From the NCBI GenBank assembly GCA_965219455.1, contig OZ244744.1, positions 5,632,001 through 5,696,000 of the forward strand: a stretch of 64,000 nucleotides of DNA. Direction: 5' to 3'. Origin of the DNA: Candidatus Latescibacterota bacterium. Its GTDB lineage: Bacteria > Latescibacterota > UBA2968 > GCA-2709665. The notes below the pieces were generated by a model. The model ran no database searches, was not told the DNA's origin, and saw nothing but the letters and a program-made list of their open reading frames with translations. This document shows, piece by piece, positions 31,996 through 41,275 of this stretch. Position numbers and translations under genes: made by a program. How positions within the stretch are numbered: position 1 is the stretch's first letter; each line of letters starts with the position of its first letter.

Positions 31996-32290
31996 CTAGC
32001 GCCAGTTCGCTACGCGTATGAAAACGTCGTAGACCAATTCGAGACAGCTTTTCATGGTGAAAAACCGTGGACCGAATCTTGTACGGCGTTCCTTAATGAA
32101 AACGCGTTCAATTAGGTTGGCCGTACGCACGTAGTTGCGTAAGTTCCAGGTCAGATGGAGACATGCCACGACGGCTTGGCGTCCGGCTATCAAGCTTGGA
32201 ACATCATAGATCATCGGCATATCGTGCCTGATCTCGCGCCATTGTTTCGATGGCGTTTTGGTAACGAAGTTCGGAATCCGAGGACCTGGC
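31996..32290 (-). pseudogene. IS256-family transposase remnant
   Basis: RTANLIERVF.KERRT..RFF..KSCLELVY..IR..NW matches the IS256 C-terminal signature; degraded. Confidence 0.7.
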
Positions 32291-32630
32291 AACGGCATTG
32301 GTGGCTGGTGGGCCACAACTGAGCTGCTTGCATTCAACGTGTAGGAAAGTCGACCGATTAGATCGGCTCAAGGATCTACTCGGTGGTGATGTCGACTGTG
32401 TGGGCAACCCGCGTCGATTGAGGACCCGGATGAACTCGTAGCCAAGTTTCCCCGGAAAAGCCCCTGCCCTCGCCGCCGGGGTCCGTATCTCGTGCGGATC
32501 GCGCATCACCTGTCGCCTTGAGCGCCGTGCCCATTCGAACGCATTCGTCACGGCTGCCGAGAAATGCGGCAAGCGTTTCAATTTGCGATATTTTCGCCCT
32601 CGTACTTGGAACGCTTGCGTTTTGCCTCGG

Positions 32631-33057
32631 ATGGCTGATGCGCTCAAGCGATATCTCGCACAGACGCTTTAAAAGGTGGAGCAGACATTCCTGTCTGCTC
32701 GAATATACCAACCCGAAACCTCAGAATCCCGTGTCCGGGCACGCCACGACTCGCCGCCGTCTCCCCCAATGGAAGAAGACGGCGCTCTCTATTGGATCAC
32801 ATTAATATCACCGGCGTCACCGGGACTTTCTGCCTCGAAGAATCCTATGATCACATGGTGCACAGCAAATAGCAGTATTGGCGCTTCGTCCGCTACATCG
32901 CGGAAAACCCCGCAAAAGCCGGACTGCGCGACCACCTGTAGGGGCGACCGGCCGGTTCCCCTACGCTACAAAGGAGGCGCAAGACTTTCTTCTGTCTGCA
33001 TTCCGTAAGAATGACAATGAGAAGTGCAGACAGAAATGTCTGCCCCGCCTTCACACG
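32631..33057 (+). mobile_element. Internally deleted RAYT (Y1 transposase) relic with REP cluster, copy 2
   Basis: REP GTGGAGCAGACATTCCTGTCTGCTC (32676-32700); TRRRLPQW..YWIT joined to GTFCLEESYDHMVHS..RYIAENPAKAGL with the HUH segment missing; GTAG-type REP 32938-32964; inverted REP 33026-33048. Confidence 0.75.
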
Positions 33058-33263
33058 CGCTTCCTCAACGGCTCGACAAGCCATTGTGCGGGGGTGGAGA
33101 TGATTGATTCGCGAGTAAAGCAGCTTAGATGCTCCATTTTATGGCGACGGGTTGCCAATTTCGAAATCCGGGAGGGACCGCCCATGTATCCATCTGGCGC
33201 CGGTCGGGAGGATCGTTCGACTCGTAGACGGCGCGGGAATCCGTCCCCTTTTCGCAAGAACCC

Positions 33264-33510
33264 TCATGGCCACAGAGCATCCTCGGCCAACAGGTTGGAG
33301 AATTGCGAGAACGGAAGGATTTCGATACCGTCTGCAGTTCGCAATTCAGGTCCTTCGGGATAGACGACAATGCGTCGGCACAGACCCTCGAGGTCGACCA
33401 GAACCCTCAATCCCTTGCACCAGGATTCTGTGAACGTGGCGCCGGACTCGACCTCGATCGCGACGAATTCTTCCCCCCGTCTGAGCAGGAAATCGACCTC
33501 GGTTCGCGTC
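33264..33510 (-). pseudogene. C-terminal remnant of an AAA_14/DUF4143 ATP-binding protein
   Basis: Manual translation EVDFLLRRGEEFVAIEVESG..WCKGLR..RRIVVY..DGIEILPF..WP*; the N-terminus is absent. Confidence 0.65.
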
Positions 33511-33810
33511 GGGACAGAAGCTGCGAAAATGTGCGTTTGGAAATGGCAATTGCGATTTGGCGTTCTTTTTGGCCGTCGCTATATTCCACGATGAGATTTG
33601 CAATTTGACTATGTTGTCGTCATTTTTCACAGTAATTTGACGACGACATATACAAATATTGCAAAATGCCACTGGCTCTCGCCCACGCCTGCTTTACCGC
33701 GAACCCGTAGTTTCAGCCGAAACAAGGACTATAGGACGCCAATATGCCTCGCCGAGTTATTCGCGAAATGCGTCCCTTCCAAAACGGTGTCCCCGCTTTC
33801 AAACCGGCAG

Positions 33811-34259
33811 TGTGTCCGCGCGCAGGTTCGTTCACCACGACTTTGAATTAAAGGTACAGTCGCACAGACGGGAGATTCTTCGCAGCGCTCAGAATGGCAT
33901 GTTTGCCGATCGCCAAGCGCGTTGTTTCCCGCTGTCATCCTGAGGAAGCCGCCAGGCTGACGAAGGATCTACTGCGGCATCGATTCACCCCTGCGCGACT
34001 TGCACGTGTACCGACCGGAATGGCGGCACGTTTGCCTCCTGAGTAGAACGGCAGTGGCGGGAGATTATTCGACTGCGCTTAGAATGACAGGCCTACCGTT
34101 CACCATCTTTGCAATGAGTTCGTCACATTTGCGGTCCCATTGTCATACTCAGGATGCCGACAAGCTGCGATGTGTCCGCGCCCAGGTTCGTCTACGACAG
34201 GTTTGTATTAAAGGTCCAGTTGCGAAGACGGGAGATTCTTCGCTATGCTCAGAATGACA
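33811..34259. repeat. Cluster of TGTC/CGTC-type palindromic REP-like units, including an 89-bp diverged direct repeat
   Basis: AGATTCTTCG..GCTCAGAATGACA at 33873, 34062 and 34233 (also 35403); opposite-orientation TGTCATCCTGAG..CGAAGGATCT at 33933-33970; 33811-33899 resembles 34171-34259. Confidence 0.7.
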
Positions 34260-34500
34260 GCGGGGCCGATCAACATTCGAGAAAATCATCCGTCGCACGT
34301 GCGCCCACAAAGCTATGCTGAGCAGGCGGCCAAGCTGGGAAGCGTCCGCGCGGGCTGCCATGCCAAAGGATCTACAAGGCGGATACCCGTTGCCTGGTGT
34401 GTCGAAATTTCCTATCTTGAAAGCGGCCAATAGGATTTTCTCCTCGGTGAATGGGTATTCTTTCATTTCCCGGTTATTTCAAGCCAGGTTGGAGCGACCG

Positions 34501-34752
34501 ATGTCAATGCGACAGCTTGTTATCGAAGTGCCGGAGAAGGTGTTGCTGGCAGTAAACACGGACGAGTCCGATTTCGCCCGCGAATTGCGCACGCTAGCCG
34601 CAGTAAAGCTGTATGAACTGGGTCGCCTGTCGTCCGGCCGGGCGGCCGAACTTGCAAGCATGTCACGGGTTGAATTCCTGCTGGGCCTTGAACGGTATAA
34701 GGTTTTTCCTTTAGCGGCTGAGTTAAACGACCTGGAGAGCCAGCATACCTGA
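34501..34752 (+). CDS. UPF0175 family antitoxin
   Basis: AVKLYELGRLSSGRAAELASMSRVEFL motif; GGAG RBS. Confidence 0.9.
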   Translation: MSMRQLVIEVPEKVLLAVNTDESDFARELRTLAAVKLYELGRLSSGRAAELASMSRVEFLLGLERYKVFPLAAELNDLESQHT

Positions 34753-35236
34753 AGCAATCAGCAATACGTCTCCCTTGTTGTTTCTGTACCAAATTGACGC
34801 ACTGGAATGGCTGTCCAGCCTGTTCGGCGAGGTCTGGGTTCCAAACGCGGTCGTGAACGAACTTCAAAAAGGCCGGCAAAAAGGGTATGACGTTCCCAAC
34901 CCCGGCGCCTATGACTGGTTGAGAATCGTTGAGCCTCATTCCATACCTTTGGAATGGCGGGCGCTGGACCTGGGCGCGGGTGAGCTTGCCGCGCTGTCGC
35001 TTGGTTTGGAAAACTCGGACCGGGTGGTTCTTGTCGACGAGCGGTTGGCGCGGCGAATCGCTCAGGATGCCGGCCTAACGGTCTGGGGAACACTCAAGGT
35101 TCTGCTTGAGGCGAAATCTCAAGGGTTGACAGAACGCGTCGAGCCGCTTGTGGACCGGCTGAAAGAATCAGGAATGTGGATTTCAGATTTGATTCGACAG
35201 GAGGTCTTGGCGCTGGCAGGTGAAGCCGACCAATAG
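34745..35236 (+). CDS. DUF3368 PIN-domain toxin (canonical start appears mutated to ATA)
   Basis: In-frame ATA-CCT-GAA-GCA-ATC-AGC-AAT-ACG-TCT-CCC = (M)PEAISNTSPL; LGAGE, LVDERLAR, GTLKVLLEAK. Confidence 0.8.
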   Translation: MPEAISNTSPLLFLYQIDALEWLSSLFGEVWVPNAVVNELQKGRQKGYDVPNPGAYDWLRIVEPHSIPLEWRALDLGAGELAALSLGLENSDRVVLVDERLARRIAQDAGLTVWGTLKVLLEAKSQGLTERVEPLVDRLKESGMWISDLIRQEVLALAGEADQ

Positions 35237-35502
35237 AACGAGAAAGGGAGAGTATTTGGTAAACGCACCTCAGGATGGGTTCCTGCGGTATTTTTTTATT
35301 CAATTTCAAGCGGGTCGGCCGACACGGCGCACAACGCTGCAGGCAGGTCCGCTCGAATTCATTAACGAAGGTCCCTTTTACACTTACTCTGGAACGGGCG
35401 GTAGATTCCTCGCTGCGCTCAGAATGACAGGTCGGTCGCTACCCCCCCCCCCCCCCGTGCCGAGATTCCACAGCCCGGTCTCGTCGGTTCCCCCCTCCTC
35501 CC

Positions 35503-36099
35503 CTACCCACCCATCAGTGATTCGAAATCCCGCCTTAGCCGCTCACCTGTGTCCACGACCGTTTCCCCCCAGCTGATTACCGGGCCGGGCGACCTGTCCC
35601 ATCGTGCTTCCGGGCCGAACAGGACATAGATGTCCCACGCGACGTCCACGTCCTTCCCATACCATTCCTGCTGCGCGAACCACCTCCCCGTAACGCGCTG
35701 CTCGTCCCAGAGATGCACCACCCTCGGGTCCGGAAGCAGGCTCTTCTTCCATTCCGACCGGGCATCGCTGGCGATTATCGGAAGCCAGACCGCGTAAACC
35801 TTCATGTTTGCACCGCCGTTCTTTCCCAGAATCTCTTCCTGCACCCAACTGGCGCCTGCCTGGCAGACCGGTCAGGTGGGAGAAAGCAGCAAAATGAGAC
35901 GTGGGACGCCCGCGTCCTGATTGAAGATCGCCTTAAGATCCTCAATCCGGCTGATATCCCTCAAATCCTGTGAGGCTTCCTCGGATACGGTGTCCTTACC
36001 GCAGGCGGCGAACGGGACCGCTGCCAGCAGCATGATCAACGGCCACTGCCGGCGGGATGCCGCGGCGATCCGTATCCAACGCCGGAATTGTCTTATCAT
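35503..36099 (-). CDS. Probable selenoprotein: thioredoxin-fold lipoprotein with a UxxC motif
   Basis: ORFs 35872-36105 and 35503-35844 are in the same frame and separated only by the TGA at 35874-35872, giving LILLLSPT-U-PVC-QAGASWVQEEIL. Lipobox FAAC; AGGAG RBS before ATG 36099. Confidence 0.75.
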
Positions 36100-36571
36100 C
36101 GCCACTCTCCTGAATAAAAACAGCCGTTTCTGTTTATGGTATCAGCGAGATCGAGGGCGTCAAATTACCGAGGGCACGTGAAAAACACAACCGGTATCGC
36201 ATGACCGCCGGCAGTGGATCCAGCGGAGTTGCCATCGTACGCCCGGAGCATTGTCCGGTAAAGGGAGTTCCATCCCGTTGCCTCGCCGACGCCTCACGAT
36301 CGTCGTGAATATCTCGGCTTGCTATATTACGATAATCGAAACATTTTGCAGCGTATTGATTCGAGGTGTTATATTTTGCGACACTTTTTTAAAATCGCGA
36401 GCGGCCGCGCGAGTTTCCGGTCGACGGCGCCGGCTAAAAAAGACGCCGAACCCCGCTTTGACCCTGGTACCGCCGGCCCCGGCCGGTTCGAGAAACGCCG
36501 GCGGATTTCAGGCTGAGGGCGGCGTCGCCGGGGTTCCGCCAACCCCCGGACCATCACAGGAGAGAGACGTC

Positions 36572-39421
36572 ATGCCCGTCATTTTCCCCTTCCTCCGGAT
36601 TGTGTTTTCCGTTGCCTTACTCATCGGTGCGGCGTGCGTTGCCCCGGCATCTGCTGAAGATGTCGAGAACGCTGACGATGTCGAAGAGACCGAAGATGGA
36701 GAGGATATCGTCTACGAAATGGAAGCCATTACCGTGACCGGCTCGCGGATCAAGAGCGATGAACACCTTACGCCGGCCCCCGTCGTGGTTCTGTCGCGGG
36801 ATGAAATCAAGGTAAGGGGCCTGGCGTCGATCGGAGACGTACTGCAGACCCTTACCGTTCAGTCCAATGCCATCAACACCCAGGCAAATAACGGGGGAGA
36901 TGGCTCCACGCGCATCAGTCTCCGGGGGCTGGGTGCTCATCGAACCCTGGTTCTGCTCAACGGACGCCGCTTCGTTCCGGGCGGCACCGGTGCGAATTCC
37001 TCGGTCGATCTCAACGCCATTCCCGCCTCCGCCGTTGAACGCGTCGAAGTGCTCAAGGACGGCGCGTCGGCCGTGTATGGTTCGGACGCGGTCGGGGGCG
37101 TTGTCAATATCATCACGAGGTCTGAAACCGAGGGACTGGAATTCGAATTCTACCAGGGTGTTTCGGGCGAGGGCGACGGCGAGGCGCTGGATATCAGTGT
37201 TACTGCCGGCCTGAAGAGTGAGCGCGGCAGTTTCCTGTTTTCAGCAGGCTATCACAACCGGAAGCCCGTATGGACCGGCAACCGGCCCTTCAGTACGGAG
37301 GACAAGACGTACGACTGGGAAGAGAACGACGGCACCTACGCCACCAGCGGCAGTTCTGCCACCCCCGAGGGCCACATCATCGACCGAACGGGCGCGCCCG
37401 GCAACGCGGCGTGGCAGGCGCTGGCCGCGGCTGCCGGCGAAGCCGCCGGCGACTACCACCGCGACCCCAACGCAGGATGGCGCCCGTTCAACTGGGCGGG
37501 TAATTCTTCGGACGGCAGCGGAGATCTGTACAATTACCAGCCGGAAAATTACCTCTACACGCCGCAGGCCCGATACACGACCTTTCTCAGCGGTTCCTAT
37601 GAATTCGCCCCGGAGGCGAAAAGCTTCTTCGAGGTCTCGTACACCAACCGGCAATCCGATCAGAAGCTCGCGCCGACCCCCCTTTTCATCATCAGTGAGG
37701 GCCTTGCCGTATCGTCGACGAACATTTACAATGAATTCGGCCGCGAATTTTACGACCTCCGCCGCAGGTTCGTCGAAGGAGGCAATCGCAATTTTCTTCA
37801 GGATATCAACACCTATCGCATCGTCCTGGGCCTGGAATATCGGCTGGCGGGTTTCGACACCGATTTATCGTATTCGTACGGCCGCAGCGAGGGCACGAAT
37901 ATCAACGAGGGTCGATTCATCCGCAGCAACGTCGCCCAAGCGCTGGGGCCCGACGCGGAATGCGCCGCCATCGGGGACTGCGTACCGCTCGATCTGCTGC
38001 ACGGCGCCGGTACCATTACACAGGAAATGCTGGACTACATCCAGTATACGGGTATCGCCACGGGCCATTCCAGGCAGAAGATTCTCCAATGGAACCTGAC
38101 CGGGCAGATCGCCGAGATGCCGGCCGGGCCTCTGGCCGTGGCCGCGGGCGTCTCTTCACGCTGGGAGGCGGGCGCCTATATTCCCGATCCGATAACGAAA
38201 TCCGGAAATACGACCGGCAGCAAGCAGGAATCGACCGAAGGCGCCTATTCGGTGAGGGCCCTTTACGGGGAGACCTCTGTGCCGGTCTATCGGGCGGATG
38301 CCTTTGGATTGGATCTGACGGCAGCCGGCCGGGCATTCGATTACGACACCTTTGGCAGCGGCTTTACGTACGAGGCAGGCGCCCGTTGCGAACTTCCCCG
38401 CGGGCTCACACTCCGGGCAACGATATCCAACGCGTTTCGTGCACCCGGCATCGCCGAGATGTTCCTCGGCCAGAGCGATGCCTTCCCGGCCGTAAGCGAT
38501 CCCTGCAGCGTGGTCGACGAAGCGGGCAATCCCCGGACGTTGACGGCCGAACAAACGAGAAATTGCGCGGCCGCGGGCGTACCGGCCGATTTCCAGGACT
38601 CACGGGCGCAGCTGAGAGCCAGGGTGGGCGGTTCTACGGACCTCGACCCGGAAACCGCGGCCATGATTACTGCCGGTCTTATCTACCAGCCCGACTTTGT
38701 CGACAACCTGGATATTGCCATCAGTTACTATACCAACAAAATCGAGGATGTGATCGGGGCGCTGCCCGCGGGTCTAATTCTGAGCAACTGCTATTCACAG
38801 GATACGCCTTCCTACTGCGACCAGATCGTGCGGGACCCGAGCACGAATCTTATTACCACGATCCAAACGCAGGGCGCCAACGTCGGCGAAACCGAGACCG
38901 CCGGACTGGATGTAGAGTTCGATTACACCGTCGATTCCCGGCTGGGCTTCCTTACCGCTCGCACGGAGACCAACATGCTCCTGAAATACGATCAACTGGT
39001 GCCGTCGGCAAACGGGCTGGAACTGGTCAAGGGAAGAGGGTTCTACGATTTAGGCGTATTTCCCCGGTGGCGCCACGCGGCGTCGGTCGGTCTGAGCCAG
39101 CCGCGCGTCTCTTTTGGCCTGACCTGGAAGTTCGTGGGCGGCTTTCAGGAGTGCGAAGACGACGATTGCAAGGGCCTGTATCGCGCGGACGTGTCGGAAA
39201 CGCCCGTGAGCCGCAAGGTCAGCTCAAACAGCACGTTCGGTCTGTACGGGTCCTACAGACTCGGAACGCGGATGGGCGCCTCCGTACTTACGGTTGGAAT
39301 CAACAATATCTTCAATCAGCGGCCTGCGGTGATATTCAACGGCTTTCTCGGCACCTCGGATGCCAGTACTTACGACTTCATGGGCAGATATCTTTATCTG
39401 CGTTTATCACATTACCTGTAA
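36572..39421 (+). CDS. TonB-dependent receptor
   Basis: Signal peptide, TonB box ITVTGSRI, plug motifs LRGLG..RTLVLLNGRR..IP..VERVEVLKDGASAVYGSDAVGGVVNIIT, FRAP, C-terminal GRYLYL; AGGAG RBS. Confidence 0.95.
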   Translation: MPVIFPFLRIVFSVALLIGAACVAPASAEDVENADDVEETEDGEDIVYEMEAITVTGSRIKSDEHLTPAPVVVLSRDEIKVRGLASIGDVLQTLTVQSNAINTQANNGGDGSTRISLRGLGAHRTLVLLNGRRFVPGGTGANSSVDLNAIPASAVERVEVLKDGASAVYGSDAVGGVVNIITRSETEGLEFEFYQGVSGEGDGEALDISVTAGLKSERGSFLFSAGYHNRKPVWTGNRPFSTEDKTYDWEENDGTYATSGSSATPEGHIIDRTGAPGNAAWQALAAAAGEAAGDYHRDPNAGWRPFNWAGNSSDGSGDLYNYQPENYLYTPQARYTTFLSGSYEFAPEAKSFFEVSYTNRQSDQKLAPTPLFIISEGLAVSSTNIYNEFGREFYDLRRRFVEGGNRNFLQDINTYRIVLGLEYRLAGFDTDLSYSYGRSEGTNINEGRFIRSNVAQALGPDAECAAIGDCVPLDLLHGAGTITQEMLDYIQYTGIATGHSRQKILQWNLTGQIAEMPAGPLAVAAGVSSRWEAGAYIPDPITKSGNTTGSKQESTEGAYSVRALYGETSVPVYRADAFGLDLTAAGRAFDYDTFGSGFTYEAGARCELPRGLTLRATISNAFRAPGIAEMFLGQSDAFPAVSDPCSVVDEAGNPRTLTAEQTRNCAAAGVPADFQDSRAQLRARVGGSTDLDPETAAMITAGLIYQPDFVDNLDIAISYYTNKIEDVIGALPAGLILSNCYSQDTPSYCDQIVRDPSTNLITTIQTQGANVGETETAGLDVEFDYTVDSRLGFLTARTETNMLLKYDQLVPSANGLELVKGRGFYDLGVFPRWRHAASVGLSQPRVSFGLTWKFVGGFQECEDDDCKGLYRADVSETPVSRKVSSNSTFGLYGSYRLGTRMGASVLTVGINNIFNQRPAVIFNGFLGTSDASTYDFMGRYLYLRLSHYL

Positions 39422-39535
39422 AATGGGACGCACGGCATCGGCTTTATGAAGGCTCCGTTGAACTTCAGTATACCCATGGGCGACTCCATGATCAGCGGAC
39501 AGCACGCAGCAGGTATCGATGGAACTCCGGTTTGG

Positions 39536-39679
39536 TGTCCCGTCTCAGAAATATGTTACCATTCATCCGCCTGTCTGCGTGCGTGAGACAGCACGCACAG
39601 GCAGGCCGATACATCCCGTCCAGCTGCATTGCCTTCGCTCGACGGCCGAATTTCGGCAATCTATTTCCGGAACGGAACA
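39536..39679. mobile_element. MITE-like element, copy A
   Basis: Ends TGTCCCGTCTCAGAAATA ... TATTTCCGGAACGGAACA; homologous to the reverse complement of 43135-43393; nested CCTGTCTGCGTGC..GCACGCACAGGCAGG palindrome. Confidence 0.65.
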
Positions 39680-39734
39680 CCAGACGATGCGTTCAACATA
39701 AAGCCCTTATTCATCTCTAAATTCGGGAGGTTTA

Positions 39735-40967
39735 GTGGTCCAACGTATTGCCGCCATCGGCTTCATCTTTTTGTCTATATCAGTCGGGTGGCTCATTCTG
39801 GGCCAGACCATCCACCTGCGCACGATGAGACAGGACGACAAGCTCAAAGACGCCGTGGGACAACTCTGGGGTACGGCCCAGACCCAGCAGACCCCGCAAA
39901 TCTACCGCCTGGATCGCGTTACCCGCATTGAAGCCAGCTCCGAAGGCGAGTCCATCGCGCGCACAGCAGACGAAAAACGCTTCCTGAGCCTGGCGTCCAG
40001 CCGCATTGAAGTCGACCTGTCCCTTGAGCACCGTCGCAAGGGCCTGCTTTGGTATTCCACCTATCATGTCACATTCGCCGCCACGTACACCGTATCCAAC
40101 CCTACCGACCAGAGCCTGACCCTGTATTTCGATCTGAAACTGCCCGCCAATCGCGCCGTGTACGATGATTTTACCTTGAGCGTCGACAGCCGGCGCATCT
40201 CCGACGTCCCGATCCTCGCCGGCCATCTGGTACAACCCGTCGATCTCTCGCCCGGCCAGAGTCTTCCCGTCCACGTATCCTACCGCTCCCAGGGCCTGGA
40301 CCAGTGGCGCTACAGCTTTGGCCGCGACGTCAGCCAGGTTTCGGACTTCGAACTGGTGATGCGCACTGATTTCGCCGCCATCGATTTTCCCGCGGACAGC
40401 GTATCCCCCGTCTCCAAGACCCGCGACGGCGACGCCTGGGCCCTGAAGTGGCGTTACGATCATCTCCTCACCGGCGTTGATCTGGGGATGACTATGCCCG
40501 CCCGGCTTAACCCCGGACCCTGGGTCAGACAGGTCGTGTTCGCGGCCCCGATCTCCCTGTTCCTGTTCTTCTTCCTGCTCTTCGTTTTCACCACCGTGCG
40601 CCACATCGACCTGCACCCGATGCACTACTTCTTCATCGGGGCCGCCTACTTCAGCTTCCACCTGTTGCTGGCCTACCTGGTCGACCACATGCTCATCCAC
40701 TACGCCTTCGTGCTCGCCTCCGCGGTCTCGATTTTCCTCGTCACGTCTTACATGCGACTGGTCCTGGGCGCGCGCCTGGCCTTCGTCGAAATCGGCGTGG
40801 GTCAGTTTATCTACCTGGTGCTCTTCTCCTACACCTTTTTCTGTTCCGGCTACACCGGCCTGGCCATTACCCTGTTGTGCATCGCCACCCTGTTTGCGGC
40901 GATGCAGTTCACCGGTCGCACCGATTGGAACGCGGTATTCGAGAAGAAAGCCGGTCGCAATTCCTGA
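39735..40967 (+). CDS. Inner membrane CreD family protein
   Basis: N-terminal TM, RRKGLLWYSTY soluble domain, LHPMHY..FHLLLAYL plus multiple C-terminal TMs; GGAGG RBS. Confidence 0.8.
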   Translation: MVQRIAAIGFIFLSISVGWLILGQTIHLRTMRQDDKLKDAVGQLWGTAQTQQTPQIYRLDRVTRIEASSEGESIARTADEKRFLSLASSRIEVDLSLEHRRKGLLWYSTYHVTFAATYTVSNPTDQSLTLYFDLKLPANRAVYDDFTLSVDSRRISDVPILAGHLVQPVDLSPGQSLPVHVSYRSQGLDQWRYSFGRDVSQVSDFELVMRTDFAAIDFPADSVSPVSKTRDGDAWALKWRYDHLLTGVDLGMTMPARLNPGPWVRQVVFAAPISLFLFFFLLFVFTTVRHIDLHPMHYFFIGAAYFSFHLLLAYLVDHMLIHYAFVLASAVSIFLVTSYMRLVLGARLAFVEIGVGQFIYLVLFSYTFFCSGYTGLAITLLCIATLFAAMQFTGRTDWNAVFEKKAGRNS

Positions 40968-41241
40968 ACCGGGTACATGCTCAGGCTACCGGTGGCCTCC
41001 GGTCGTGATATCCAACGGCTTGCTCACGTGCGCCTATCGCATTGTCTTTAGGCCCTTCCCCCCTTCCAGTAACTATCCCACGCAATGCTGGCAGTAGTCC
41101 ACAGCGCCACGCCCGGCGATTAACTCTCCCCGAAGCCGAACTCCGGAATCGCTTGCGACAACGAAACTACAGGACAGCTTCTTGGTGCATTGCAATATAA
41201 ATTCCCCATTTTCTCAATTAGCCGACAAAACCGCAAAACGT

Positions 41242-41269
41242 TTGACGAGCCACTACATTATGTTATATT
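41242..41269 (+). promoter_or_regulatory. Sigma70 promoter, probably giving a leaderless HTH-hsdM mRNA
   Basis: TTGACG-N16-TATATT with TGn extension. The ATG is 6 nt past the -10 and has no SD. Confidence 0.6.
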
Positions 41270-41275
41270 CTTTAT

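Noticed and set aside
33811-34259. CRISPR-like repeat spacing
   Set aside because: Units occur in both orientations with irregular spacing and no cas genes; this fits REP-type palindromes.
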